A DNA stretch of 64,000 nucleotides from the human T2T-CHM13v2.0 reference genome, Homo sapiens: NCBI RefSeq assembly GCF_009914755.1, contig NC_060926.1; one strand, given 5' to 3'. Positions 1 to 15,400 of this stretch are shown one piece after another. Every line of letters starts with the position of its first letter. Position 1 is the stretch's first letter. Below the pieces are notes generated by a model. It was not told where the DNA came from. It searched no databases and saw only the letters and a list, made by a program, of their open reading frames with translations. The translations under genes were made by a program, and so were the position numbers.

Positions 1-859
1 TTCGGCTAAGGGGACCTTAGCCAGGGTCTTTTTGTGGCTCACAGGGACGGTTTACATTTTTTCATGGATGTTGCTGGCCTCATATGACTCTGGGTGGATT
101 TGTCTGGCTTCCACCTCAAACTTCTAAGGGAACTGCCTGCCTCATTAGGCTACCTTTAACTTGGGGGTTTTTGTTTATTATGTGGAGTGGCTGAGAACAG
201 AACTGGGATCTGCCATCATTGGAGGTAGGGATGGGGTGTGGAGGCAATAGGATACAGGGAAGAGCTCTCAGTCCATTTGGCTGAAGTTTGTTGCGTAAGA
301 CCTGGGAATGACTGAAGGGCTCTGTGTGCAGCTCAGTGCTGTGGCCTGGATGGATGTCAGGATTGTTTCTGGGCCCAGGCCACCCTGAGGAGAGAGTGGT
401 TGGTAGGACAGTCCCAGCACGTCTTGGGGCATCCTGAGCTTGGTCCCTTGTATCCAGGGATGTGTCTCACACATTCCAGTTCCGTGTGGGGAAGCTTTTC
501 CCTGGGACTGCCAGGAGCCAGGTGCCCTAAAGTGCAGAAGCTGGTGGGCGGTGTCATTGATGGTAAGACTTGCTGGGGCCACGTAGGAGTCATAGTGCAG
601 GAATACTAGGTCTGAATAGTTGGGAGTGGGGGAGACTGCAGCAAACCTAGGGGAGGTGCCCCTTCTAACCGGGCATTCACACATGTTCAGTAGCTGCTCT
701 GTGAGATGACAGTGCACAGAAATGCTGAGGACCTCCAGACCTGTGTCCCACAGCCACTCTCATGGGCAGAGCGAATAATCGAAAGCAGCCTAGTCCAGGG
801 TGGAGAAGTTCACTGGGTTGCCCTGGGCCAGGGCTTCATGTTTGGTAGGGTGAAGCTGT

Positions 860-1300
860 GGGCAGGAAATTACTTGCTGGGATGCCAAAGAAATTTGCGG
901 GACAGCTGCTTGCAGGGCATGCTTTTGGACTTGCTGGGAAGCTGGAGCAGGCTGGGCTCCCGGGGAATGCTGGGCGGCTGCCTGTGGGGCAGCTGAACTT
1001 TTTGGGAGGCCTGGGACAGCCGCAGAACTCAGCCAGGATGCTCCGTGTTGGGTGCTGCTGAAACCTGCTGGAGGTAAACTCCACTGGCGTCCCACATACC
1101 CGCGAGTGCCAAGGGAGTCGGAAGGAAAGCACAGTGGAACTAGGAAGAGAAACCCCTTCCTCTTACCAGTGTCCCTCCAGAGCCGCCCACTGACAGGCTC
1201 ATCAGCCCTGTGCCAGCTGGCAAGGAAGGTGTGCTCCTGGATCCCGGCAGAGCACTGGGGAATGATCTGCAGGCTGGAGGAGGAGGCGTGTCATGTGCTT
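860..1300. mobile_element. Possible ancient MaLR LTR fragment (MLT1M/N-like)
   Basis: Motif ccagtgtccctccagagccgcccactgaca...tgtgccagctggcaagg resembles remembered old MLT1 consensus; highly diverged. Confidence 0.3.
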
Positions 1301-2101
1301 GAAGCAGTGTTGCAGGCTTCTTCCTCAGGGGACCCAGCCTTACTTTCAAGAATCTTGGCCTGTGAATTGAGCTAGGTCTGGGAACTGGGAGAGAGGCTGT
1401 TGCTATCCACAGCTGTGACTCAAGTCAGATTTTTGGCTCCCAGACCTAAGGTTTTCTGCTTTATTCCGTCAGTCAGTCCTCTTGTATTCCTAGGGATATC
1501 ATGTTCAATTAGCCACTGGCAAAGAGCCCTGCGGACCAGGGTGTTTTGATCCCCAGCGTGTGTCTGCTCCCTCCCTTGGCAGACGCAGCCGCCTGGTCTT
1601 TGCTGGTCAAGTCCTGGCATTTGGCCTCTGCTCCTTTGGAACCCTATCATCCCCATTGAAATCAGAGAGCCCAGCTCAGTGGCAGTGTCCCTGCCATCGC
1701 ACCTGCCTGCCAAAGAGAGCAGTTGCAAAGCTTCTCAGGGATGCAGGTGCTCCCAGGCATTTCTCAGTGCCCAAGTGAAAGTGAGAGTGCTTTGGAGCCT
1801 TCTTGCAGTGTGTAGTTGAGAGAGAGGTGTGCGGGTCACACATGTTAAACCCAGTCCAATGGTCCCATCTCCCTACGCCTCTGGAATCCCTCCTCCATGC
1901 TGGGAAAGCTCTAGCATCTCAACCTTGTTAAGTGTAGGTCATTTCTGAGTTCAAGTTTCAGTCAAACAATCAAATAAGCAGTTAGAGCCATGTGGCTTGT
2001 TCCTGGGGCGTGCCTCATTGATGGATCCAGTACCTGGAGTGGTGTGAACCTTCTGCTTCAAGGCGAGAGACCACAATTGGTGGTGATGTCAGGTAATGGG
2101 A

Positions 2102-2468
<367 letters not shown>

Positions 2469-3028
2469 TAAAAATCATGTCCAAATGCAGCTACAGAACA
2501 TGAAGAAAATATTTTCTAGAGTGAAATGCTTCAAAGAGTGAACAAGGAATCCATCTGCTGCCATTCCCCCAATCCGCTCTGTCCCAGTCTCCAGGCTGCG
2601 AGGGGGGCCAGTGTGGTGTCTGATGACGCTGTAAGTCATCCTCAGGGACAGCTCCAAAGGTTTAGCATCACGTTTGATCCAAATGTTCAGAACGTCTCAC
2701 AGATGGGTGTCATTTCTGAAAACCTGTAACTGTAGGCTAAAATTTTCTGATTTAGTTTAAAAAAGGAATAAAAAAGAATAAGCAAAGAAACTGCCTGGAA
2801 GTGAGACCTGTGCTTTAGCTGGACTTAGCCATCACTGAACCAGACACAGATGCTTTGGTGAAGGGTGCAAAAAGGTCATCCCTTCATCCCTCTCAGAAAT
2901 GAAAGTGAGGTAGTTGACAATAATGAAAAAACGTTTTATTTATTAAAATGGGTGATCATTAAAAATGTCTATTTAAAATGAGAAGTCTGTGTTTGTGAAT
3001 GCTGAAAGCTGAGGAATATTACCATTGG

Positions 3029-3690
3029 TCAGTGGTTCTTAATTCTGGCTGCACAGTGCCTGAGGTGTGTTAAAAAGCTCCCGATGCCTGGGCATTGTCT
3101 GGATCAACTGTGTGTTAGTTTCCTATTGTTACTAACAGATGACACAAGCTTTGTGGCTTAAAACAAGACAGATTTGTTATCTTACAGTTCTATAGGTCAG
3201 AAGCCCCACATGAGCCTCACTGGGCCAAAATCAAGATGTGGGCAGAGCTGTGTGTTTTCTGGAAATGCCAGGGAGACTCCATTTCTTTGCCTTCTCCAGC
3301 TTCTAGAGTCTGCCCACATTTTTGCCTTGTAGCCCCCTCCTCCATCTTCACAGCCAGCAACAAAGTCCTGGCTGGGGGTCCTCCCCACACCACATCACTC
3401 TGAGCTCCACTCTGCTGCCCTCCTACACTTTTTAGGACCCTGTGATGACACTGGGCCAACCAGATCATCCAGGATGATCTCCCTCTCTTAAGGGCAACTG
3501 AATAGCCACACTAATTCCATCGGCAACCCCAGTTAGAGCAGCATATTCACAGCTTCTGTGAACTAGGATGTGGCCATCCCCGGGAGCCTCTTACCTGCTG
3601 ACCACAGCCGTAAAATCGGAATTTCTGGGAGTTGAGCTTGAGCCTCAATAGTTTTAGAAACCCTCCCAGTGGATTCTAATATGAGGCCAT
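3029..3690. mobile_element. MER5A-like hAT MITE split by an MLT1 LTR
   Basis: CAGTGGTTCTTAA start; resumes after ~3607 with AAATCGGAATTTCTGGG...CCCAGTGGATTCTAAT. Confidence 0.6.
3111..3606 (-). mobile_element. MLT1C/D MaLR solo LTR
   Basis: TGTGTTAGTTTCCTATTG...GGCTTAAAACAA...TTACAGTTCT...CTGACCACA. Confidence 0.8.
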
Positions 3691-4024
3691 TTAACTAGGA
3701 CTGGTTATGGGGAACAGCTGGAGGGTTTCAAGAAAGGAAGTAATGCAGCCCAATCTGTATTTTAGAAATACTGCTCCAGTTACACTGTCAGGGGTGGGCT
3801 GGTGGGGGAGGGAGGACTGTGATGGGACTTGAGTCAGTGGACAAGCGACAGCTGTGGGGATCAAGGCAGTCTTGGTTTTGCTAGCCATTCCTCAAAAGGA
3901 TCAATGTCCACTACGTGAGTACTGCCCTGGGGTATGGGAGATACACAAATATTTTGAGGAGTCTTGGACAAGACCGAGCCACAGTACGAGACACCCAGTA
4001 CAGCACCTCCCACCCGCAGAGGTG

Positions 4025-4338
4025 TTTTTTTTTTTTTTTTTTTTTTTTTGAGTCAGGGTGTTACTCTGCCACCCAGGCTGGAATGCAGTGGCACGATCAT
4101 AGCTCACTGCAGCCTTGAACTTCTGGGCTCAAACGATCCTCCTGCTTCAGCTTGCCGGAAAGCTAGGACTGTAGTTGCTCACCACCACATCTGGCTAATT
4201 TTTAATTTTTTTGTTTTTGGTGGAGACAGGGTCTTACTATGTTGTTCAGGCTCGTCTCAAACTCCTGGCCTTAAGTGATCTTCCTGCCTTGGCCTCCCAA
4301 AGCGCTGGGATTACAGGTGTCAGCCACCATGCCTGGAC
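4025..4338 (-). mobile_element. AluJ element
   Basis: Poly-T, GATCATAGCTCACTGCAGCCTTGAAC (J-type), ends GCCTGGAC. Confidence 0.93.
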
Positions 4339-4389
4339 CTCCTCCAGAGTTCTTGAGCAAGGCCATGCCATTGGTGGCAGCGAATTACA

Positions 4390-6520
<2,131 letters not shown>

Positions 6521-6759
6521 ATGGGAAGCATAACACAGTGCTTGCCTGGTAGGGTTGTTAGGACAGCTGGATGGGCCAGCAGGCAGGCACCTTACGATGC
6601 CTGTCTTTTGAGAGATGCTCAGTGAGCACTGGCTGTCATGGCTCCTCCACCTCTCTTCCCGCTCCCCGCCACACCCAGGACCCTGAATGAGGGTGGTGCT
6701 GTGGCATCCTAGTTAGAGCTTGAGGCTTCAGAGCCAGCGGGGCTAAGATTATGGTGCTA

Positions 6760-6960
6760 ATATGCCCTAGCTGGGGGGCCTTGGGAGCGTTTTATAGCTG
6801 ACTGAGCTTCTGTTTCCTCATTTGCAAAGTGGGGCTGCCAATGCGATGTCGTTTGTGGGATGTTGTGAGGGATAAACGACGCAATGCAGCTCAGACACGG
6901 AGCATCATGTCTGGCCCACGCTTCACTGCATCCGGGATACCAGTGTTGATAAATGACATC
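6760..6960 (+). mobile_element. MIR
   Basis: CTGAGCTTCTGTTTCCTCATTTGCAAAGTGGGG...GTTGTGAGGGATAAA MIR core. Confidence 0.7.
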
Positions 6961-9072
6961 ACTGACTATGCCAATCACAGTTGACACCGCCATCGCTGGT
7001 GTGACGCACCCTGGCATCAGAGGTGGTAAAATGTGGACCCCATGTCTCTTGGCATTGCAGAAATGCAGGATTTCTATCATGCAGTTGCCTCTTCCACACA
7101 GTGCATGGCCTGGACAATCCCAGCAGGCTTTTCCTATGTGACTCACTTTCATGTACATTTAAAAAAATTAGGAAAGAAGCTTTCTGTGACCCCCAGGTAC
7201 TCCAGCTTCTGTTGGTGGAAGTCAGGAGATGTTACAGGCCTAACGGAATCAAGGCCTCAGGTATTTAAGCTATTCTTTGTTTCCTACAGGAAAGAGAACT
7301 TTATACACAAGGTGGGTCCCCTGAAGATTAGATTATCAGTTGGAAACCTGAGTTCCAATGTATTCCCACTGTTGGATCTCTGAATGCTGTGCTTTTGACC
7401 GGGGTCTCCTGGGCCCCATATTCTAATGGTCAGTTTCAGGTTCCTCTTCTTTCACCTCTGCCTGTGGAGGCAGGAGGCATGCAGTGATCATCACCCTCCT
7501 TCTTCCAGTGTTTTCAGTCTCTGCTCTCCAGGGACCAGTCTTCTGCATATCATGTCTCCTGGTTCCATCACAGCCATGTGAAAGCACAGTCACCCTGGAG
7601 AGGAACAGAAGGCAGAGTCAGCCCCTACCTGTCTTACGTGCGCCAGGGAAGAACGGACTCATGGCCCTTCTGAGACTTCAACCTGAGGGTCGGTGAATGT
7701 CAGAACAGCAGCAACAGCGAGGGCTGACTCCGGCTTTGACCTTCAGACCCTGAGCAGCCAGTGGAGTCTAGCTCAGTCTCGGCTTTCACTGTGGACACTG
7801 AGGCTTAGGGAGGTGAGGAGACACAGCTGGCTGTGGTGGGCCCCCGCCCTGGCGGTGCCAGGACCAAGCCCAGGGCCTGTCTCATGCCGTGCCCTATGCC
7901 TTCTGAGCTGAAGAGGAGCCTGTTCGTTGAGGAACTAAGAGTGGATTAGAAGAGTAACGGATGCTTTCTACAGAAGCAAGCGGCCTGGGTTTGGAATGAG
8001 GCAGCCTGTTCGTTTGCTGTGCGTCCTTGTCCCTCTCAGAACCTTCCTATAGTAGGCGCTTTATCAATGCTGGTCAGTGAAGGAATGAGTGAATGATGTT
8101 TTTCAACAAAAATGAATTCATTTTGTGGACTAAAATAGCCTCTGGGGAGCCCATTGCAGAGACCCTGCCATCCGCGCGCCCCGGGCTGCCTGTGGCTCTC
8201 CCAGGCTGCTTTCCCTGCAGGTCTTGTACGTGGGAGTCTGGCCATCCAGCATCCCTGGGAAGGGGTTTTTGGGAAATGTGCATTTATGGATTTGAAATCC
8301 CAAACAGGATATCCACACTGCGTTAGAAGGCACAGTTGGGCTCTGAGCCAAGCTGTGGTGAGCCCTGGGCTCCAGGGCGGCTCTAGAGGACCGAGGGGCC
8401 CCGGGCGGGAGAGGTCGTGCTGCGCTGAGAGCTCACATTTCACGGCTTGTAAAACCCAATCGGAATTCCAGGTGTGCAAACCACATTTGATGTCCCAGTA
8501 ACCAGGTAACAGCAGGATGGAGGACTTGGGGAGAGACTTGAGAAGCTTCCTGAGGAGGGTTGCCAATCCACTGGCCCTCGCCTTCCCAACCCATTGCTGT
8601 GGCCAGCCAGCCCTGTGCCCTGTCTCCTGGCCCCAGCATGGAGAGCTGTGCACTTCCCCTGACCACACGGCCTGCTCATTGCACAGCTGTGCAGGGCCCT
8701 TCCTCTCTCTTGGATGCCCCACTTCAGATGCTGCTTCTGCCAGGAAACCTTTCCCTCCCCTCCCAGCTGAGTGGTGACCCCACCCCAATCTCTCACCAGA
8801 GGCCTGTAATCTTAGACATGCCTAGCAACAAACATTTGGGGGAAGGGTCTGTGTACAGGTTTGTCATCTTCATGCCTGGAGGAGGCGGCAGAGGTGATCA
8901 GTGAACAAGTACAGGTCAACAGCCAGGGTAGGGAGGTGTGCTGGAGGGGGGGTGGTGGGTCCTTCTTGTGTAGAGACCCGTAGCTGATCTCTGCCCGAGT
9001 AGCTCTAAAGCCTTCTACTTCTTAAGACCACTAGAAGGAGATAAGTTTTACCCTTCTGAGTTAAAACTTTAA

Positions 9073-9136
9073 AAAAGCCCCCACAATATCCTAATCTATG
9101 TGTCAAAAGCCCCCACAATATCCTAATCTATGTGTC
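9073..9136 (+). repeat. Perfect 32-bp tandem duplication
   Basis: AAAAGCCCCCACAATATCCTAATCTATGTGTC x2 (9073-9104, 9105-9136). Confidence 0.97.
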
Positions 9137-9811
9137 TTAGTCCATTCCTGCTGCTGTAACACAGTCCCTGAGACTGGATAATTAAAAATCATAGCTATTT
9201 TTCATAGTCCTGGAGGCTGGGGAGTTCAAGATCAAGGCACTGGCAGGTTCAGTGTCTGGTGAGGGCCAGGTACTTCTACGATGGTACCTCGTTTCTGTGT
9301 CCTCACATGGCAGAGGGGGAGGAAGGGCACTTAACTAGCTCGCTGGAGCTGCCCCCCCATTTTGTTTTCTGGAGACAGAGTCTCACGCTGTCACCCAGGC
9401 TGGAGTGCAGTGGTGCAGTCACAGCTCACTGCAGCCTTGACTTCCCAGGCTGAAGTGATCCCCACCACCTCTACCCCCCTGAGGAGCTGGTACTACAGCC
9501 ATGTACCTCCACACCAGGATAATTAAAAATAAATTTTTTTGTGTGGATATGGGGTCTCACTATGTTGCCAAGGCTGGTCTCAAACTCCTGGGCTCAAGCA
9601 ATCCTCCTGCCTCAGCCTCCCAGCCCCTTGGCTGAGATTACAGGCATGAACCACTGTGCCCAGCCCTGGAGCCCTTTTATAAGGGAACAAATCCATTCTT
9701 GAGGGAGGAGACCTCATGACTGAATCACCTTCTAAAGACCCCACCTCTTTGGGTCTTAGGTTCCAATATATGAATTTTTGGTGGGGAGGCACATACATTC
9801 AAACCATAGGA
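9133..9811 (-). mobile_element. MST-family MaLR solo LTR split by AluJ
   Basis: TGTCTTAGTCCATT...GGAGGCTGGGGAGTTCAAGATCAAGG...CATTCAAACCATAG. Confidence 0.85.
9361..9665 (-). mobile_element. AluJ element
   Basis: GAGACAGAGTCTCACG...CACAGCTCACTGCAGCCTTGAC...CCCAGCC. Confidence 0.9.
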
Positions 9812-9869
9812 TCATGGCAATGAGGCATTTCTGAAGATGGACTTTTATTTATTTTCCAACACTGATGAT

Positions 9870-10011
9870 AGGAAATCCTGTAGGATTAAATGATGCCCAC
9901 TTACATTTGACTTTCAGATAAACCATACGTTTTATTATAATTATGTCCCATGCAATATTTAAATTTAACTGGTCCTCCTGTATTTTTTATTTGCTAAATC
10001 TGGAAACTGTA
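9870..10011. mobile_element. MER53 MITE (partial)
   Basis: TTTCAGATAAAC...TATGTCCCATGCAATATTT...CCTGTATTTTTTATTTGCTAAATCTGG. Confidence 0.75.
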
Positions 10012-10647
10012 TTTGGAATAAGCTCAGGAATAAAATTCAAGTTTTTATGAGTATGTAATGCTCTCTGTGGAAAATCTGACTCATAAATAGGGATGATGAT
10101 ATTTTGAAAAGCAAACAAAGTAATCAGAAAGACATTTTTTCTTTACAAAACCTAAATAAACCCCTTCTAAATTAGCTTTTTCAAACAACCTAAAAAGAAT
10201 TAGTGATTTCCCAAGTACTCATTGTCCATACATCTGTTGATAGTAACCATTGCAAGGGCCTGAAAAAACATACATGTTTTGTAAAATGTTTTCCTAAAGC
10301 CTAATTTCTTGTATTTACCCATTTTTTTTTACCCTTCTTATTGTTCTGTTTTCATTCCTGATGTTTCAAGATTCCCTCTTTTATCATTTCCTTTCCATTT
10401 CAAGAGCTTCCTTAAGCATTCTTTGAGGATAGGTCTTGTGGTGCCAAATTTTCTTAGTTTTTTTTGAATCCAAGAGGGTCTTGATCACCCCCTTCATTTC
10501 TGAAGGATATCTTCATTGACAGTTCTTTTCTTTCAGAATTTGAAAAATTTTCTGCCGTTTCCTTCTGGCTTCCATGGTTTCTCATGAGCAATCTGCTGTC
10601 ATTTGAATTGCTTCTTTCACATAGGTAAGGTGTTGATTATCTCTCTG

Positions 10648-11012
<365 letters not shown>

Positions 11013-11666
11013 TGATGTGAATGTCTTTGAGGTTATCCTGTTTACCATTTGCTCAGCTTCTTGTATCTATAAGTTTGTGTTTTTTTGCCAAATTTGAGAA
11101 ATTTCAGCCATTATTTCTTTGAGTACTTTTTCAGTCCCTCCCTTTTTCTCTTCTTTTCCCAGGACTCTCATGACATAAATGTTACATCTTTTGTTATAAT
11201 CCCACAGGTCCCTGAGGTGCTGTTCATTTGTTTTTCAGTCTGTATTTTTTTTCTCTGTTGTTTAGATTGTATTGTTCTCTCTTTCAGTTCACGGATTCCT
11301 TCCTCTGTCTTCCCCATTCTGTTGTGGAAACTATTCAGTGAGTTTTTGTCTTTGTTTTGGTTATTGTATTCTTAAGTTCTAATATTTCCATTTGTTTCTT
11401 TTTCATATTTCTATTTCTTTGCCAAGGCTTTCTGTTTAAAAAAAATTTGTGTCCAGTATGTTTCCAATTCCTTGTTGAAGCATTTTTATGATGGCTGCTT
11501 TAAAATCTTCATCAAGATATTGAATATTATTAACACAGAAAAATGATAAACATTTGATGGGTATGTTATTTACTTGAATCTGATCACATTATATGTATTG
11601 AAACATCACTATGTACCCCATGAATATGTGCAATTATTATTTGTCAATTAAAAAATAAAATTAATT

Positions 11667-11986
<320 letters not shown>

Positions 11987-12719
11987 TTAACAAATAAAAA
12001 AACCCTCATCATGTAATTCCCGTGTGTGTGTCATCTTGATATTGGTGTCTGTTTACTAGTTTTTTTCATTCAAGTTGATTATTTTCCTGGTTCTTGGTAT
12101 GACAAGTGAATTTAAGTTGTATCCTGGACATTTTGGGTATTCAGGATCTTATTTAAATCTCCTGTCTTTTCAAGCTTCCTCTGACACTTTGTCACCTAAG
12201 AAAGTGTCAGGAGGAGTGGAAGTCCAAATTCCCCTCTCAGCTTTTATTGCCACCCAAAAGGATGAAGAAGGATGTTTTACTACTCCTGGGTATGGGTGGT
12301 GGTAGACATTTAGGCTTTACTGTGCTTCCTTTGACACAAACCCAGTGGGGAGGGGAAGGGCCACCTTTTACTGCCAGGTGGGGATGAAGATTTGACCTAC
12401 TCACGTGGCCTTCTCTGATGCTCTGGGGAGTTGGAGGCATTGCTTTTCTTGATCTTAGTTTGGGAGATGTCATCTCAGGGGAAGCGCTACATCCAATGTT
12501 GCCTTGTCACTGATACTAAAAAGGACCTTAGATTTCAAGCATTATCTTTTAGACTCCATAGAGATTGCCTTTTATTTCTTCCTCTTGCCTAATTGCTTTG
12601 CCTAGGACTTCCAGTCCTGTGTGGAATAGGAGTGGTGAAAATGGGCATCCTTATTTTTCCTGATCTTAGAGGCAAAGCTTTTATCTTTTCCCCATTCGGT
12701 ATGATGTTAACTGTAGATT

Positions 12720-12880
12720 TATTGTTTCAAGGTATATATATATATCTTGTTTTCAAGATATATTGTTTCAAGGTATATATATTCAAGATATATTGTTTCA
12801 AGGTGTATATATATATATATATAAATACAAGATATATATATATCTTGTATTTATTGTTTCAAGGTATATATATATATCTT
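12720..12880. repeat. AT-rich TATTGTTTCAAG(G/A)TATA repeat containing a 34-bp perfect palindrome
   Basis: Repeated ATTGTTTCAAGG units; ATAAATACAAG(AT)6CTTGTATTTAT at 12821-12854. Confidence 0.9.
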
Positions 12881-13944
12881 CTATACCTAATTTGCTAAGA
12901 GTGTTTATCATAAACGAATGTTGGATTTTCAAATGCTCTGTGTTTATTGAAATGATCATTTTGTTGCCTTTTTTTGTTACTGTGGTATATCACATGTATG
13001 GATTTGCATATGTTGAACCATCCTCATGTTCCTGGGATGAATCCCACTTGATCATAATGATCTTTTAAATGTGCCTTTCAATTTAGTTTGCTAGTATCTT
13101 GTTGAGAATTTTTGCATCTGTGTTCCTCAGAGATATTGGCCTATAGTTTTCTTTTTTGTTGTGTTCTTATCTGGTTTTGGAATCAGAGTAATGCTGGCCT
13201 CATAAAATTAGTTAGTAAGTTTTCCCCCCTCTTCAATTTTCTGGAATGTTTTGAGCAGAGTTGGTATTAGTTCTTCCTTAAATATTTGGTAGAATTCAGC
13301 AGTGAAGCCATCAGGTCCTGTGCTTTTAAAAATATTTATTTATTTTTTTCTTGGAAGACTTTTTATTACTGATTCAATTTTCTTACCTGTTACTGGTCTG
13401 TTAAAATTTCCTATTCTTCATAATTTAATCTTGATAGGTTATATCCAGGAATGTATTCATTTCTTTTTTGTTTACAAATTTTTTGTTGTATATGTGTTCA
13501 TAATAGTCTCTTATGATCCTTTATATTTCTGTGATATTATTTGTAATGTCTCCTTTTTCATTTCTGATTTTATATATTTGTGTCTATCCTCTTTTATTCT
13601 TAGCCTAGCTAAAGGTTTGTTGATATGGTTTATCTTTTCAAAGAAACTGACTTTTTGTTTCATTGATCTTTTGAATTGGTCCTTTTTTCACACTCTATTT
13701 TATTTCTGTTCTAAGCTTTATTATTTCCTTCCTTCTACCAATCTTGGGTTTAGTTTGTTCTTATTTCTCTAGTTCCTAGATGTTCATGGCAGGTCATTTA
13801 TTAGAAATATTTCTTCTTTTTTGATGTACAGGTTTATCACTATGAACTTCCCTCTTAGAACTGCTTTCGCTGTGTGCCATAGGTTTTGGAATGATGTGTT
13901 TCTATTCTCATTTGTCTTAAGGAATTTTAATTATTATAATTTGT

Positions 13945-14180
13945 TTTTATTTTTTACAGACAGGGTTTTGCTCTGTTGCCCAGGCTGGAGTGCAGTGGCA
14001 CAATCATAGCTCTCTGTAACCTTGAATTCCTGGGCTCAAGTGATCCTCCTGCCTCAGCCTCCTATGTGCTACCATGCCCAGCTATTTTTTAAAAATTGCT
14101 TATAGAGACAATGTCTCACTATGTTGCCTAGGCTGGTCTCAAACTCCTGGCCTTAAGTGATCCTCCCACCTTGGATCTCA
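13945..14180 (-). mobile_element. AluJ (partial)
   Basis: CACAATCATAGCTCTCTGTAACCTTGAATTCCTGGGCTCAAG. Confidence 0.88.
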
Positions 14181-15196
14181 GGGAATTTTAAAATTTTCCT
14201 TTTCATTTATTTATTAACCCATTGGTTATTTAGGATCATGTCGTTAAATTTCCATGTACTTTTAAGACTTCTGAAATTTTTCTTCTTGTTGACTTCTAGT
14301 TTTCCTTGTCATTGACTTCTGTTATGGTCTGAAGAAATACTTGATATGATCTCTATCTTGTTAAGTTTAAGATTTGTTTTGTGGCCTAACATATGATCTA
14401 TCCTGAAGAACATTCCATGTACAGTTGAAAAGAAGTTGTATTTTGTAGATGTTGGATGGAATGTTTTGTAAATGTCTGTTAGGTTTATTTGGTCTGTGGT
14501 ATAAGTTCAATTTTTTGTTGTTGCTGATTTTCTGTCTAGATGATCTGTGTTCACTGCTGAAAGTGGAACCCTGAAGTTCCCTACTATTTTTGTGTGGTAG
14601 GCTATCTCTCACTTTAGATCTAATAATCTTTGCTTTATATATTTGGATGCTGTGATATTGGGTGCATATATATTTATAGTTGTTATATCCTCTTAATGAA
14701 TTGCTTCCTTTATTATTTTATTATGACCTTCTTTTACTCTTTTTACAGTTTTTGACTTAAAGTCTATTTTGTCTGATATCAGTATGGCTATTCCTGTTTG
14801 TTTTTGGTTTATGTTTGCATAGAATATCTTTTTCCATGTCTTCACTTTCAGTCTGTTTGTCTTTAGCAGTGAGGGGAGTCTCTTGTAGGCAGCATATAGA
14901 TGGGTCTGTTTTAAAAAAATCAATTCAACCACTTTATATCTTTTAGCTGTAGAATTAATCTGTTTACACTTAAGGTTATTATTGGTAGAAGAAGACTTAC
15001 TCCCACCATTTTATTAATTGTTTCCTGGTTGTTTTGTAGACCTTTGTTCTTCTTCTTCTCTTTTTGTTTACATCTGTGGTTTGGTGGGTTTTTTGATGTT
15101 AAGGTTTCTTTCTCTTTCTCATCTGTGTATCTGCTGTAATTTTTTTCTTTGTAGTTACCATGGGTCTAACATAAAGAGTCTTGTAGTTACAGTACA

Positions 15197-15400
15197 TTTT
15201 TTTTTTTTTTGAGACGAGGTCTTGCTCTGTTGCCCAGGTTGATCTCCTAGGGCTCAAGCGATCCTCCTGTTTCAGCCTCCTGAGTAGCTGGGACTATAGG
15301 TCCATGCCACCATGGCTGTTTTTGAACTCCTGGGCCCAAGTGATCCTCCTGCCTCAGCCTCCCAAAGTGCTGCGATTACAGGTATGAACTACTGTGCCTC
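15197..15400 (-). mobile_element. AluJ (internally deleted)
   Basis: Poly-T, GAGACGAGGTCTTGCTCTG...CCCAAAGTGCTGCGATTACAGG. Confidence 0.85.

Noticed and set aside
7261-7289. 29-nt GT..AG interval (similar one on minus at 37352-37380)
   Set aside because: Too short for a human spliceosomal intron; equal lengths judged coincidental
8109-8124. 16-bp palindrome AAAATGAATTCATTTT
   Set aside because: A single AT-rich palindrome of this length is plausible by chance in 64 kb
8036-8788. 250-aa minus-strand ORF
   Set aside because: No recognisable domain; GC-rich DNA with overlapping ORFs in many frames
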